From Pseudomonadota bacterium (GTDB taxonomy: Bacteria; Pseudomonadota; Gammaproteobacteria; Burkholderiales; Ferrovaceae), in contig JAJZFH010000047.1 in the NCBI GenBank assembly GCA_021805445.1, positions 161,322 to 201,321 on the forward strand: a stretch of 40,000 nucleotides of DNA. Direction: 5' to 3'. Positions 8,108 to 16,317 of this stretch are shown piece after piece. The position numbers and the translations under genes were made by a program. Numbering within the stretch: position 1 is the stretch's first letter; every line of letters begins with the position of its first letter. The notes beneath the pieces were generated by a model that ran no database searches, was not told the DNA's origin, and worked only from the letters and a program-made list of their open reading frames with translations.

Positions 8108-9541
8108 ATGTCTTCCCCTTTCTTTCGCCCCGTCAGGATTGGTCACGCCACCCTGGTCAACGCGCTTGGCACGGTCATCCCCGGTCTCGTCATGGTGGCC
8201 ACGGTGCCCCTCTATATCCGCTCCATCGGCGAAGCCCGTTACGGAGTTCTGGCGCTTCTTTGGCTGTTACTCGGCTATTTCGGGGTCTTTGACCTGGGTT
8301 TTGGGCGTGCCCTCACCAACCGCTTTGCCGCTCTCCCCCCCGATGCTCACCTTCTCCGCCAACGAGCTTTCTGGACCGGACTGGGGCTCAGCCTCGGTGC
8401 CGGATGCTTGGGCGGCGGAATTCTCTACGCTCTGGGAACTCATTTTTTGGATACCTTTTCCTTGACCGTCCCCCTGCGACAGGAATGTCTGGTCACCCTG
8501 CCCTGGGTGCTGTTCGCCTTGCCCTTGGCCACGGTTCTGTCCATTCTCTCCGGTGCCCTCATGGGGCAACAGGCCTTCGTCGCCCTGAACGGTGGGCAGG
8601 CTCTGGGCAATCTGCTGTTTCAGTTATGTCCACTGATCCTGGCTGTGAGCCACCATCCCACCCTTCCCGCCTTGGTCCCCGCCGCCCTGTTGGGTCGATC
8701 GGTCAGCGTCATCGCCCTGGGACTTGCTTGTCGGCGCAAAATCCCTATCACCGGTCCTCCCCATTTTTCCACCGCCGAAATCCGGCCTCTGCTCCACTTC
8801 GGCGGGTGGGTCACGGTCACTGCCCTGGCGGGTCCCCTGCTCACCGTCTTCGACCGTTTCGTCATTGGCGCCCTCAGTGGAGTCACAGCGGTCACCGCTT
8901 ATACCGTGCCCTTCAATCTGGTCAATTATTTGATGATTTTTCCCGCCAGCCTGCAGAAAGCGCTCACCCCCACCCTGACCGCCACATCGGAACCCGAGGC
9001 TCGCCAGCACGTCCTGTACTACACCCGCCTGCTCACCACCCTCATGACGGTCACGGTCCTATTGGCTCTACTGGGCCTGAAATCTTTTCTCGATCTCTGG
9101 TTGGGTCCCCGCCTGGCCCCAACCACCGAACCCATTGGCACCGTCCTGCTGCTGGGCATCTGGATCAACGCCCTGGCCTTCATCCCCTTCACCCACCTGC
9201 AATGCCGAAACCGCCCCGACTTGCCAGCCCGCTTTCATCTGCTGGAACTGCTGCCCTATGGCTTGGTGCTGTGGGGACTGATCTCAACCTTTGGAGCCGT
9301 CGGTGCTGCCTGGGCCTGGGACCTGCGCGTCGCCGTCGATGCTCTCCTGTTGTTCTGGGCGGCAGGTAGCCTGCAGGCCTTGCGCCATAGTCTGAGCGAG
9401 GGATTGCTACTCGCCCTGGCCTTTGCCCTGACCCAACTTCTCCCCAGTCCTTCCCTGTTGTATCTGGCCTTGGCCTGCCCCTTGATCCTGCTTACCCTGT
9501 GGCGAGCCTGGACCCGCTTTCCCCGTCGTTACCCTTTGTGA
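8108..9541 (+). CDS. Polysaccharide/oligosaccharide flippase (Wzx-like, MOP superfamily)
   Basis: A roughly 478-aa polytopic hydrophobic ORF located in a glycan locus, with an N-terminal ..ATLVNALGTVIPGLVMVATVPLYIRSIGEARYGVLALLW.. typical of Wzx/PST-family proteins. The track start at 8090 is TTG. The ATG at 8108 is used here. Confidence 0.7.
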   Translation: MSSPFFRPVRIGHATLVNALGTVIPGLVMVATVPLYIRSIGEARYGVLALLWLLLGYFGVFDLGFGRALTNRFAALPPDAHLLRQRAFWTGLGLSLGAGCLGGGILYALGTHFLDTFSLTVPLRQECLVTLPWVLFALPLATVLSILSGALMGQQAFVALNGGQALGNLLFQLCPLILAVSHHPTLPALVPAALLGRSVSVIALGLACRRKIPITGPPHFSTAEIRPLLHFGGWVTVTALAGPLLTVFDRFVIGALSGVTAVTAYTVPFNLVNYLMIFPASLQKALTPTLTATSEPEARQHVLYYTRLLTTLMTVTVLLALLGLKSFLDLWLGPRLAPTTEPIGTVLLLGIWINALAFIPFTHLQCRNRPDLPARFHLLELLPYGLVLWGLISTFGAVGAAWAWDLRVAVDALLLFWAAGSLQALRHSLSEGLLLALAFALTQLLPSPSLLYLALACPLILLTLWRAWTRFPRRYPL

Positions 9542-9708
9542 TTGATTTACCGGGAACAGACGTTTACACTCGGCCCATCTGTCATGATGAACCCAAAGAT
9601 GACCCCGACCTGCTTTGACCCCAACGCCGCACCCGTCATCCGCCGCCGCCTTCCCCTTGTTGGGGACCACGAGAACAGGGTAAATGTGCACCCCTGCGCC
9701 GGAGCGTC

Positions 9709-10761
9709 ATGACTCCCTGGCCAGAAGGGCAACTGGATATCGTTGAACACTGTCCCCTCTGCCATTCTCCGGAGCGCATCGTACTCCATGAAGGATTGAC
9801 CGACCGGATCTTTTTCAGCGCTCCTGGGCGCTGGACCTTGTACCGGTGTACCCAATGCCTCTGCGCCTATCTCGATCCCATCCCCAGCCAGGCAAGCATT
9901 GCCTTGGCCTATCAAAATTATTACACCCACGGAGCAGACCCCTCCAGCACCTTTTGGCTAAAGCGTCTCAAGCAATCCCTACTGAACGATTACCTCAACG
10001 CCCGTTACGGAAGTTCCTTGTCCCCCCATTCACCGCTCGGACGCTGGATCATTCCCCTGTTTTTCCCCTTGAAAAACAAAGCCGACATGCAAGTCCGTCA
10101 CTTGCCCTATGCCTCCGGAACCGCCAAGGCCCTGGCGGATATCGGCTGCGGCAACGGCGACTTCCTCGCCCTCGCCACCCGTTTGGGGTGGGACGTCTGG
10201 GGAACTGACCTGGACCCCACAGCCGTGGAATTTGTGCGCCGCCGTGGGTCACGGGTCCAATGCAGCGGTCTGCCCGACACCGGCTTGCCCTCTCGCCATT
10301 TTGACTATGTCACCCTCAGCCATGTCATCGAACATGTACCCGATCCCCGTGCCACCCTGCAGGAAATGCGCCGGATTCTCAAACCCGGCGGACGGCTCTG
10401 GGTGTCCACCCCCAATCTGGACAGTTTTGGACACGAGCACTTCGGACGGCATTGGCGCGGACTGGAACCACCCCGCCATCTTGTGCTCTTCACTCAGGCC
10501 ACCCTGATTCAACTGCTCGAAGAACAGGGGTTTACCCACCTGACGGTCCACCCACCCGAGGTACCGAGCCGCTGGCTCTATCAGTCGAGTGAGCGTATCC
10601 GCCAGGGCAAGGATCCCTACGATCCCCAAGCCGGTTCCCTCTCTGCAGCCCTGTCCCTTCGATCTCTGCTGGCCGATCTGCGGGTGCTGTTCCTGACCTC
10701 CGGGCGGAGCGAATTTCTCACGATCTCGGCGCAATGCCCGCCCTCTGATCCTGACTCATGA
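9709..10761 (+). CDS. Class I SAM-dependent methyltransferase with an N-terminal Cys4 zinc-ribbon
   Basis: CPLCHS...CTQCLC (CxxC-x28-CxxC), then SAM motif I ..LADIGCGNGDFL.., ..LSHVIEHVPDP.. and ..LKPGGRLWVSTPN... Confidence 0.8.
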   Translation: MTPWPEGQLDIVEHCPLCHSPERIVLHEGLTDRIFFSAPGRWTLYRCTQCLCAYLDPIPSQASIALAYQNYYTHGADPSSTFWLKRLKQSLLNDYLNARYGSSLSPHSPLGRWIIPLFFPLKNKADMQVRHLPYASGTAKALADIGCGNGDFLALATRLGWDVWGTDLDPTAVEFVRRRGSRVQCSGLPDTGLPSRHFDYVTLSHVIEHVPDPRATLQEMRRILKPGGRLWVSTPNLDSFGHEHFGRHWRGLEPPRHLVLFTQATLIQLLEEQGFTHLTVHPPEVPSRWLYQSSERIRQGKDPYDPQAGSLSAALSLRSLLADLRVLFLTSGRSEFLTISAQCPPSDPDS

Positions 10762-11507
10762 CCGACCCGCGCGCGCCCAGGATCGCCGTCTCCATCGTCA
10801 GCCATCGTCAGGCTCCCCTGGTCCAGGCACTGCTGGAGGATTTGGCGCAGCACGCCCCCGATGTGGCGATCCATCTCACGGCCAACCTGCCCGAACCTCC
10901 CCCCACTGCCCTTCTCCCCTTTACGCTGCTCACCAATCCTCACCCCAGGGGATTTGGAGAAAACCACAACGCCGCCCTCAAAGACAGCGATGCAGACTTC
11001 TTCTGTGTCCTCAATCCGGATATCCGTCTCACCAGCAACCCCTTTCCCGCCTTGCTGGAGGGTCTGAACGACCCCCGGGTCGGGCTGGTCGTTCCGCAGG
11101 TCTCCACGGCCCAAGGCATACCCGAGGATAGCGCCCGGCACTTTCCTACCCCGTTCGGATTGATGAAGAAAGTCGTGGGCTTGAATGATGGGCGTATCCT
11201 TTCGTCAGGCAGCGAACCCTATCCCATCGATTGGGGTGCCGGAATGTTCCTGCTGTTTCGGGCCAAGGCGTTCCGTGCCGTTCAGGGTTTCGATGAGAAC
11301 TTCTTCCTGTATTATGAGGATGTGGATATTTGCGTCCGTCTCTGGGCCCGGCACTGGCAGGTCAAACTCTGCCCACAGGTCACCGTCATCCATGACGCAC
11401 GACGGGATAGCCGCAGGAAACTGCGCTACACCCTGTGGCACCTATCCAGCATGGCCCGCTATTTTTTCAAACACGGCGGACGCCTTCCCGCCACGACGGC
11501 AAGATGA
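10758..11507 (+). CDS. Glycosyltransferase family 2
   Basis: ..IAVSIVSHRQAPLV.. (GT-A N-terminus), ..FFCVLNPDIRL.. and ..FFLYYEDVDICVRLW.., typical of COG1216-type GT2 enzymes. There is a 4-nt ATGA overlap with the methyltransferase. Confidence 0.75.
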   Translation: MTDPRAPRIAVSIVSHRQAPLVQALLEDLAQHAPDVAIHLTANLPEPPPTALLPFTLLTNPHPRGFGENHNAALKDSDADFFCVLNPDIRLTSNPFPALLEGLNDPRVGLVVPQVSTAQGIPEDSARHFPTPFGLMKKVVGLNDGRILSSGSEPYPIDWGAGMFLLFRAKAFRAVQGFDENFFLYYEDVDICVRLWARHWQVKLCPQVTVIHDARRDSRRKLRYTLWHLSSMARYFFKHGGRLPATTAR

Positions 11508-11522
11508 CAGCCCGGTCCGAAT

Positions 11523-12461
11523 TCATACCCGATTGAAAAGAGCTGCCACGAGTAACCCCAGTTGCCCGATGGCATGCTGGCGATGGACCCCGGAGCGTTT
11601 CAAGCCCAGCAAGCGCCCCTTCAAGGGTTGTTGTCGCGCCCACAGAAAAGTGCGCAGGGTCAGGGCATTCTCCAAGGTCAGGTGGCTCTCCAGACGCCGC
11701 AGGGCGCAGACGTGAATATCAGCCCAAAAAACGTAGTGCCGCTTCCACATGAAGCCCAGTCGAGACCAGCGTTTTGACCAACTGAGGCTGGCACCCACCA
11801 GGTTTTTCTCATGCTGGCGATAATTCAGGGAGGGCAGGGGATCGTAGCAGACTTGTCCGCCACACCCCGTCACCACCAGGTAAGTCCACCAGTCAAAAGT
11901 CACGACTTCCACCTCGGGTCCCGCTTCCTGCAACAAAATGCGGGCCGCCTGATTGAATACCATGGTGTTACCGCCGGCAATATTCTGCATGAGGGCATTG
12001 GCAAAGGACGGAGGTCGTTGCATCAGGGGAGAGAATCCACAAGGCAGGCCCTGCTCGTCCACCAAACGGGTACGCCCACAATACAAAGCCGGAACGGAGG
12101 CAGGGACCGTCGACAGCCAGGCCACAGCCCGGGTCAGTTTATCCCCATCCCACACGTCGTCCTGATCCGAGTAGGCGTAATAATCCGCCTGAATTTCGGA
12201 CCGGTATACCAGGGACAAAAAATTGGTCACGAACCCCCGCTTCGGCCCCGCCACCACCTTCATGCGTCCGGTCCACCGATCCTGATACTCCGCCAAAATC
12301 TCCAGGGTACCGTCCGTAGACCCATCATCCGAAGCCCACACCTGCCAATTCCCATGGTGCTGTGCCTCATAGGAGGCCAACTGCTCACGCAGAAATGCCG
12401 CACCATTGTAAGTGGCCAGCAGGATGGCGACGGAGGTGCCAGACTCTCCATTAGGATCCAT
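11523..12461 (-). CDS. Glycosyltransferase family 2 (rhamnosyltransferase-like)
   Basis: ..VAILLATYNGAAFLREQLASYEAQ.., ..WASDDGSTDGT.. and DxD-type ..YSDQDDVWD... It converges on the preceding GT2 gene with a 15-nt gap. Confidence 0.8.
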   Translation of the reverse strand: MDPNGESGTSVAILLATYNGAAFLREQLASYEAQHHGNWQVWASDDGSTDGTLEILAEYQDRWTGRMKVVAGPKRGFVTNFLSLVYRSEIQADYYAYSDQDDVWDGDKLTRAVAWLSTVPASVPALYCGRTRLVDEQGLPCGFSPLMQRPPSFANALMQNIAGGNTMVFNQAARILLQEAGPEVEVVTFDWWTYLVVTGCGGQVCYDPLPSLNYRQHEKNLVGASLSWSKRWSRLGFMWKRHYVFWADIHVCALRRLESHLTLENALTLRTFLWARQQPLKGRLLGLKRSGVHRQHAIGQLGLLVAALFNRV

Positions 12462-12859
12462 ATATCCAACGATACCAGAACGAGTTCATATGCCCGGGAT
12501 TATCCCACGATTGTCGCCATGCTAATGAAATCACGTTAAGAGGAACTTAACCCATCCTTTGAGCGTAATCCGTGGGCCACTTGAAAAATCACGAGGCACT
12601 CATGATTTCAGTAAATCAACAAGTTAAATAAATTGGTTAATTATGGAAAGGTCGCGTAGCGCCGGACTACAGCCGTATCCCCAGGGAAAATGCGGCCTTC
12701 GAATTCGGGCAAAACCTGCCTTTCCAGCCAGGCGCTCAACACGCGCCCCCCTTACCCCTCATAAACTGACAATATGGGCAGGATTGTCAGGCGGACTGGG
12801 CATGGACCCAGAATTAAGCCCGGATGGGCTGTTCGTCTCAAGCTGGAAATTTCAGTCAT

Positions 12860-12888
12860 AAAAAAACCGATAAAATCTGCGGTTTTTT
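12860..12888 (-). terminator. Putative rho-independent (bidirectional) terminator downstream of tRNA-Ser
   Basis: AAAAAAACCG-(10-nt loop)-CGGTTTTTT lies 8 nt beyond the tRNA 3' end. The GC core of the stem is short, so it is only moderately convincing. Confidence 0.45.
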
Positions 12889-12895
12889 AATGTGT

Positions 12896-12988
12896 TGGCG
12901 GAGAGAGAGGGATTCGAACCCTCGATGCAGGTTTTGCCCGCATGCTCCCTTAGCAGGGGAGTGCCTTCGACCACTCGGCCATCTCTCC
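12896..12988 (-). tRNA. tRNA-Ser (anticodon GCU), CCA encoded
   Basis: The reverse complement reads GGAGAGATGGCCGAGTGGTCGAAGGCACTCCCCTGCTAAGGGAG...GGTTCGAATCCCTCTCTCTCCGCCA. It has a 7-bp acceptor stem, a CU-GCU-AA anticodon loop, the long variable arm typical of tRNA-Ser and a GGTTCGAATCC T-arm. Confidence 0.93.
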
Positions 12989-13031
12989 GATCTGACGCAG
13001 GCGACATTATCGCTCAACTGGGGAATTTTCG

Positions 13032-14255
13032 CTATCCCAGGCCAAAAGCTTTATGGAGAGCGCGGACAGCCAGTTCCATATATTTTTCGTCAATTACCAC
13101 AGAAATCTTGATTTCCGAAGTGGAAATCATCTGAATGTTGATGCCTTCATCCGCCAAGGTGCGGAACATCAAACTGGCCACGCCCGCATGGGACCGCATG
13201 CCGACACCCACGATGGAAACCTTGCAAATCTTGCAATCGCCCTGCACTTCCCGAGCCCCAGTCAGGGGTTTGATGGACCGAGTCAAAATATCCAGAGTTT
13301 TCTGGTAATCGTTTCGGTGTACGGTGAAAGAAAAGTCCGTGGAACCATCCACTCCTGTATTCTGAATGATCATGTCCACATCGACATGGGCTTCACCCAC
13401 GGGCGATAAAATCGCATGGGCAACTCCTGGGCGATCAGGTACGCCCAGCAACGAGAGTTTGGCTTCATCGCGGTTGAACGCGATACCTGAAATGATGGGT
13501 TGTTCCATGGTTTTGGTATCCTCGAAGGTGATCAAGGTGCCTTCATTGTCGTTTTCCGAAAAACTCGATAACACACGCAACTTGACTTTGTATTTCCCGG
13601 CAAATTCCACAGAGCGAATTTGCAACACTTTCGATCCCAAACTGGCCATTTCCAGCATTTCCTCGAAAGTGATGGTAGCGAGACGGCGAGCCTCTGGCAC
13701 GATGCGTGGGTCTGTGGTGTATACCCCATCCACGTCAGTATAGATTTGGCATTCATCGGCCTTCAGGGCCGCTGCGATGGCCACGCCGGTCGTATCAGAC
13801 CCTCCGCGTCCCAAGGTCGTGATATCTCCCTGCTCCGTCACCCCCTGAAAGCCCGCAACAACGATGACGGTGCCTGCGGCGATGTCAGCAAGCAACCGTT
13901 CGGCCTGGATGTCCAGAATTCTGGCCTTGGTATGCGCTTCATCGGTCAGGATGCGCACCTGGCTGCCCGTATAACTGCGTGCGGGAATCCCCTGCTCCTT
14001 GATGGCCATGGCCATCAAGGCAATGGTGACCTGTTCTCCGGTGGAAACCAGAACGTCCAGTTCGCGTCCGTCAGGATGAGGATTGATCTCCTTTGCCAAC
14101 CGAATGAGTCGGTCCGTCTCCCCACTCATCGCAGACACGACCACCACGATTTGGTGTCCCTGGGCGTGAAACCGGGCTACCCGCTCCGCAACTTTCGTGA
14201 TGCGTTCGGGATTGGCGACGGAAGTACCTCCATATTTTTGTACAATCAATGCCAT
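13032..14255 (-). CDS. lysC: Aspartate kinase
   Basis: 407-aa ORF starting MALIVQKYGGTSVANPERI.., with ..VVVVSAMSGETDRL.., ..TLGRGGSDTTGVAIAAAL.. and two C-terminal ACT-like regions. Confidence 0.95.
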   Translation of the reverse strand: MALIVQKYGGTSVANPERITKVAERVARFHAQGHQIVVVVSAMSGETDRLIRLAKEINPHPDGRELDVLVSTGEQVTIALMAMAIKEQGIPARSYTGSQVRILTDEAHTKARILDIQAERLLADIAAGTVIVVAGFQGVTEQGDITTLGRGGSDTTGVAIAAALKADECQIYTDVDGVYTTDPRIVPEARRLATITFEEMLEMASLGSKVLQIRSVEFAGKYKVKLRVLSSFSENDNEGTLITFEDTKTMEQPIISGIAFNRDEAKLSLLGVPDRPGVAHAILSPVGEAHVDVDMIIQNTGVDGSTDFSFTVHRNDYQKTLDILTRSIKPLTGAREVQGDCKICKVSIVGVGMRSHAGVASLMFRTLADEGINIQMISTSEIKISVVIDEKYMELAVRALHKAFGLG

Positions 14256-14417
14256 GACAACAACCTAGCTAATGGGTTGGTCGATAATTTTACAGGAAAT
14301 TATGGATACTGGCAGAATGGGAAAATATGTTTATCGTCAAGTTGCCCTCGTACTCCCAAGAGGGTGGAATTCCAAGACAGCATCATCACCTTACCAAACC
14401 GACCACGCCAGGACCCC

Positions 14418-15269
14418 ATGACAGAGACCCGCTTGAGTTTTACAGACCATAACCGCCCCTTTTTTGGTCTGGAAACGGTTTATCCTGTCGTTTCCCGTCG
14501 TGCAGGCGGGGTATCCGTGGGAATCAACCTGAACCAGAACAATGCCTGCAACTGGGCTTGCGAGTATTGTCAAGTGCCGGGTCTGGTGCGCGGCAAGGCC
14601 GCGCCCACCGACCTGAACCAACTTGAACGGGAATTGAATTTCCTGTTGGATGCAGTGACCCAGGAAACATTTCTGGAGGCCTATGTCCCGGTTGAATTGC
14701 GTCATCTGAAGGACATTGCCTTTTCAGGAAATGGGGAACCGACCAGTTCAGATCAGTTTTCTGGTGCCATGGATATTGCCTTGCGGGCTCTTGAACAACG
14801 CCCGCCGTTACATTCGGTCAAAATCATTACCATCACGAATGGCAGTCATGTTCAGGAACCTGCTGTGCTCCATGCTCTGGAGAGTTCCACGAAACATGGC
14901 GGGGAACTCTGGTTCAAGATCGACCGGGGCTCATCTGAAGATATCTGGCAGGTCAATCAAATTCATCTATCGCTCCAACAGATACGACATCGACTGGCAA
15001 CCGTCGCACCGCATTGCCCCACCTGGATTCAAACCTGCATGACGACACGGGATGGAGTGGTGCCTTCGGTGGAAGAGGTTCAGAGATATCTGGATTTTAT
15101 TCAGCACATCAAGGATGCGCAGATCCCCCTCAAGGGCATCCTGCTGTACACGTTGGCGCGTCTTTCCTTGCAACCCGGAGGAACCCGTCTGGGGGCGATT
15201 CCGGGAACCTGGATGGCAACCTTGGCGGAAAAAATTGAAGCCCTCGGTGTTCCCGTTGTCACCGTCTGA
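14418..15269 (+). CDS. Radical SAM protein of unknown function
   Basis: CxxxCxxC cluster motif in ..GINLNQNNACNWACEYCQVPG.., followed by ..IAFSGNGEPTSS.. (the SAM-binding GGE-like motif). The start is set at the ATG at 14418 (MTETRLSF..). The track ORF (13620..15269) extends upstream only as antisense read-through of lysC. Confidence 0.8.
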   Translation: MTETRLSFTDHNRPFFGLETVYPVVSRRAGGVSVGINLNQNNACNWACEYCQVPGLVRGKAAPTDLNQLERELNFLLDAVTQETFLEAYVPVELRHLKDIAFSGNGEPTSSDQFSGAMDIALRALEQRPPLHSVKIITITNGSHVQEPAVLHALESSTKHGGELWFKIDRGSSEDIWQVNQIHLSLQQIRHRLATVAPHCPTWIQTCMTTRDGVVPSVEEVQRYLDFIQHIKDAQIPLKGILLYTLARLSLQPGGTRLGAIPGTWMATLAEKIEALGVPVVTV

Positions 15270-15285
15270 ACAACAATGCTATAAT
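15256..15285 (+). promoter_or_regulatory. Putative sigma70 promoter for tRNA-Arg (TTGTCA-18 nt-TGcTATAAT)
   Basis: -35 TTGTCA (15256-15261), extended -10 TGc + TATAAT (15277-15285). The tRNA 5' end lies at 15295. The promoter is embedded in the last codons of the radical SAM gene. Confidence 0.5.
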
Positions 15286-15294
15286 CCTCCGGAT

Positions 15295-15371
15295 GCGCCC
15301 GTAGCTCAGTTGGATAGAGTACTTGGCTACGAACCAAGGGGTCGTGGGTTCGAATCCTGCCGGGCGCGCCA
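15295..15371 (+). tRNA. tRNA-Arg (anticodon ACG), CCA encoded
   Basis: GCGCCCGTAGCTCAGTTGGATAGAGTACTTGGCTACGAACCAAGGGGTCGTGGGTTCGAATCCTGCCGGGCGCGCCA. It folds as a cloverleaf with a CU-ACG-AA anticodon loop and a GGTTCGAATCC T-arm. Confidence 0.93.
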
Positions 15372-15379
15372 ATAAATCA

Positions 15380-15417
15380 ATGGGTTAGGTCATAAATGAT
15401 CTAACCCATTTTTCTTT
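15380..15417 (+). terminator. Rho-independent terminator after tRNA-Arg
   Basis: ATGGGTTAGGTCA..TGATCTAACCCAT forms a stem of about 12 bp (15380-15409), followed by TTTTCTTT. Confidence 0.75.
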
Positions 15418-15517
15418 GCGTAGGGAAATCATCAGTATTGTTTTCAGCCTTGAGGCCGCATCTGCGATCTACCCACCGCCGGAAAAAACCAAAAAAGCAA
15501 ACCTAATCCCTGATCAA

Positions 15518-15677
15518 CTACCGAAAAACCGCGTAATACCCCTCAAATTTAAGCGGTTCCTCAACCCTGACAACACGTGCCGAACTCGCCCAGGTATACC
15601 GCAAATCATGCCACCGAAATCCTGATGCAATTCCAGCACGCTTTATTGCTTCCCGCCAAGTTTTCGTTGATGCAGCG
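15518..15677 (-). pseudogene. Tyrosine recombinase/phage integrase, 3'-terminal remnant
   Basis: The translation ..TKTWREAIKRAGIASGFRWHDLRYTWAS.. matches the integrase box II region (..FRxHDLRHTxAS..). The sequence after WAS no longer matches in frame (an alternative frame gives RHVLSG.., suggesting a frameshift). Everything N-terminal is missing and is replaced by the antitoxin gene. Confidence 0.6.
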
Positions 15678-15995
15678 TCAGTGCGCCGGGTGCATCGATT
15701 GCGCGACCAGGCGCACGCCCAGGGCTGCGCAAACGCGGCTGATCGTCTCGAAGCGCGGCTCACTGCCGGGCCGAAGGGCTTTGTACAGGGCTTCGCGTGC
15801 AATGCCGGAATCCTTCGCAACCTGCGACATACCGCGTGCGCGGGCAATGTCGCCAAGGGCAGCGGCCAGCAGCGCGGGGTCGTTCTCTTCAAGAACGGCC
15901 GTCAGGTATGCCGCCACATCCTCGTCCCCGTTCAGGTACTCGGATGCATCGAACTCGGCAAGTTCAGAAACCTTGATTCTCTTGGTCATGGTCAA
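15678..15995 (-). CDS. Addiction-module antidote protein (HigA-like, XRE-type HTH antitoxin)
   Basis: 105-aa ORF with ..FDASEYLNGDEDVAAYLTAVLEENDPALLAAALGDIARARGMSQVAKDSGIAREALYKALRPGSEPRFETISRVCAALGVRL.., the classic sequence of the 'putative addiction module antidote' family. Its start overlaps the toxin stop by 4 nt. Confidence 0.85.
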   Translation of the reverse strand: MTMTKRIKVSELAEFDASEYLNGDEDVAAYLTAVLEENDPALLAAALGDIARARGMSQVAKDSGIAREALYKALRPGSEPRFETISRVCAALGVRLVAQSMHPAH

Positions 15996-16291
15996 TCCTC
16001 CAAAAACTTCGCCAGCGCAATCGCTCGGCGAATGTCGGCCTGCTGAGTGGACTTGTCACCGCCGGCGAGCATCACGATCAGCGTCTCGCCACGCTGGACG
16101 CAGTACATGCGCCAGCCAGGCCCGAAGTGTTCGCGCATCTCGAACACGCCTTCACCTACCGGCTCCACGTCGCCCAGGTTGCCCAACTGGGCCTTGCGCA
16201 GCCGCTTGTTGAGGCGCTGCCGGGTCAACCCGTCCTTCAGGCCCTTGAGCCAGTCGGAGAACTCACCGAGTAGTTTCACCGTGTAGGCCAT
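15992..16291 (-). CDS. Addiction-module killer protein (HigB-like, RelE/ParE superfamily toxin)
   Basis: 99-aa ORF with ..FSDWLKGLKD..RQRLNKRLRKAQLGNLGDVEPVGEGVFEMREHFGPGWRMYCVQRGETLIVMLAGGDKSTQQADIRRA.., the typical 'addiction module killer' signature. The toxin-first gene order matches HigBA-type modules. Confidence 0.85.
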   Translation of the reverse strand: MAYTVKLLGEFSDWLKGLKDGLTRQRLNKRLRKAQLGNLGDVEPVGEGVFEMREHFGPGWRMYCVQRGETLIVMLAGGDKSTQQADIRRAIALAKFLED

Positions 16292-16299
16292 GGATGTAG

Positions 16300-16317
16300 T
16301 GTAATCGACTGATTACA
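16300..16317. promoter_or_regulatory. Candidate TA operator: perfect 7-bp inverted repeat TGTAATC-N4-GATTACA
   Basis: The repeat lies 9 nt upstream of the toxin start codon (16291) on the transcribed side. Antitoxin HTH proteins usually autoregulate through such palindromes. Confidence 0.35.

Noticed and set aside
12643-12861. 72-aa plus-strand ORF in the GT2/tRNA-Ser intergenic region
   Set aside because: It has no SD sequence, an R/P/G-rich featureless product, and runs into the tRNA terminator. It is probably non-coding.
13620-14417. Upstream 266 codons of the 549-aa track ORF that ends as the radical SAM gene
   Set aside because: This part is antisense to lysC and lacks any motif. The radical SAM homology begins only after the ATG at 14418.
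14256-14417. Possible lysine riboswitch (L-box) in the lysC leader
   Set aside because: The divergent spacer is only 162 nt and must also hold two promoters. I could not find the conserved L-box helices or core motifs by eye. A covariance-model scan would be needed to exclude it formally.
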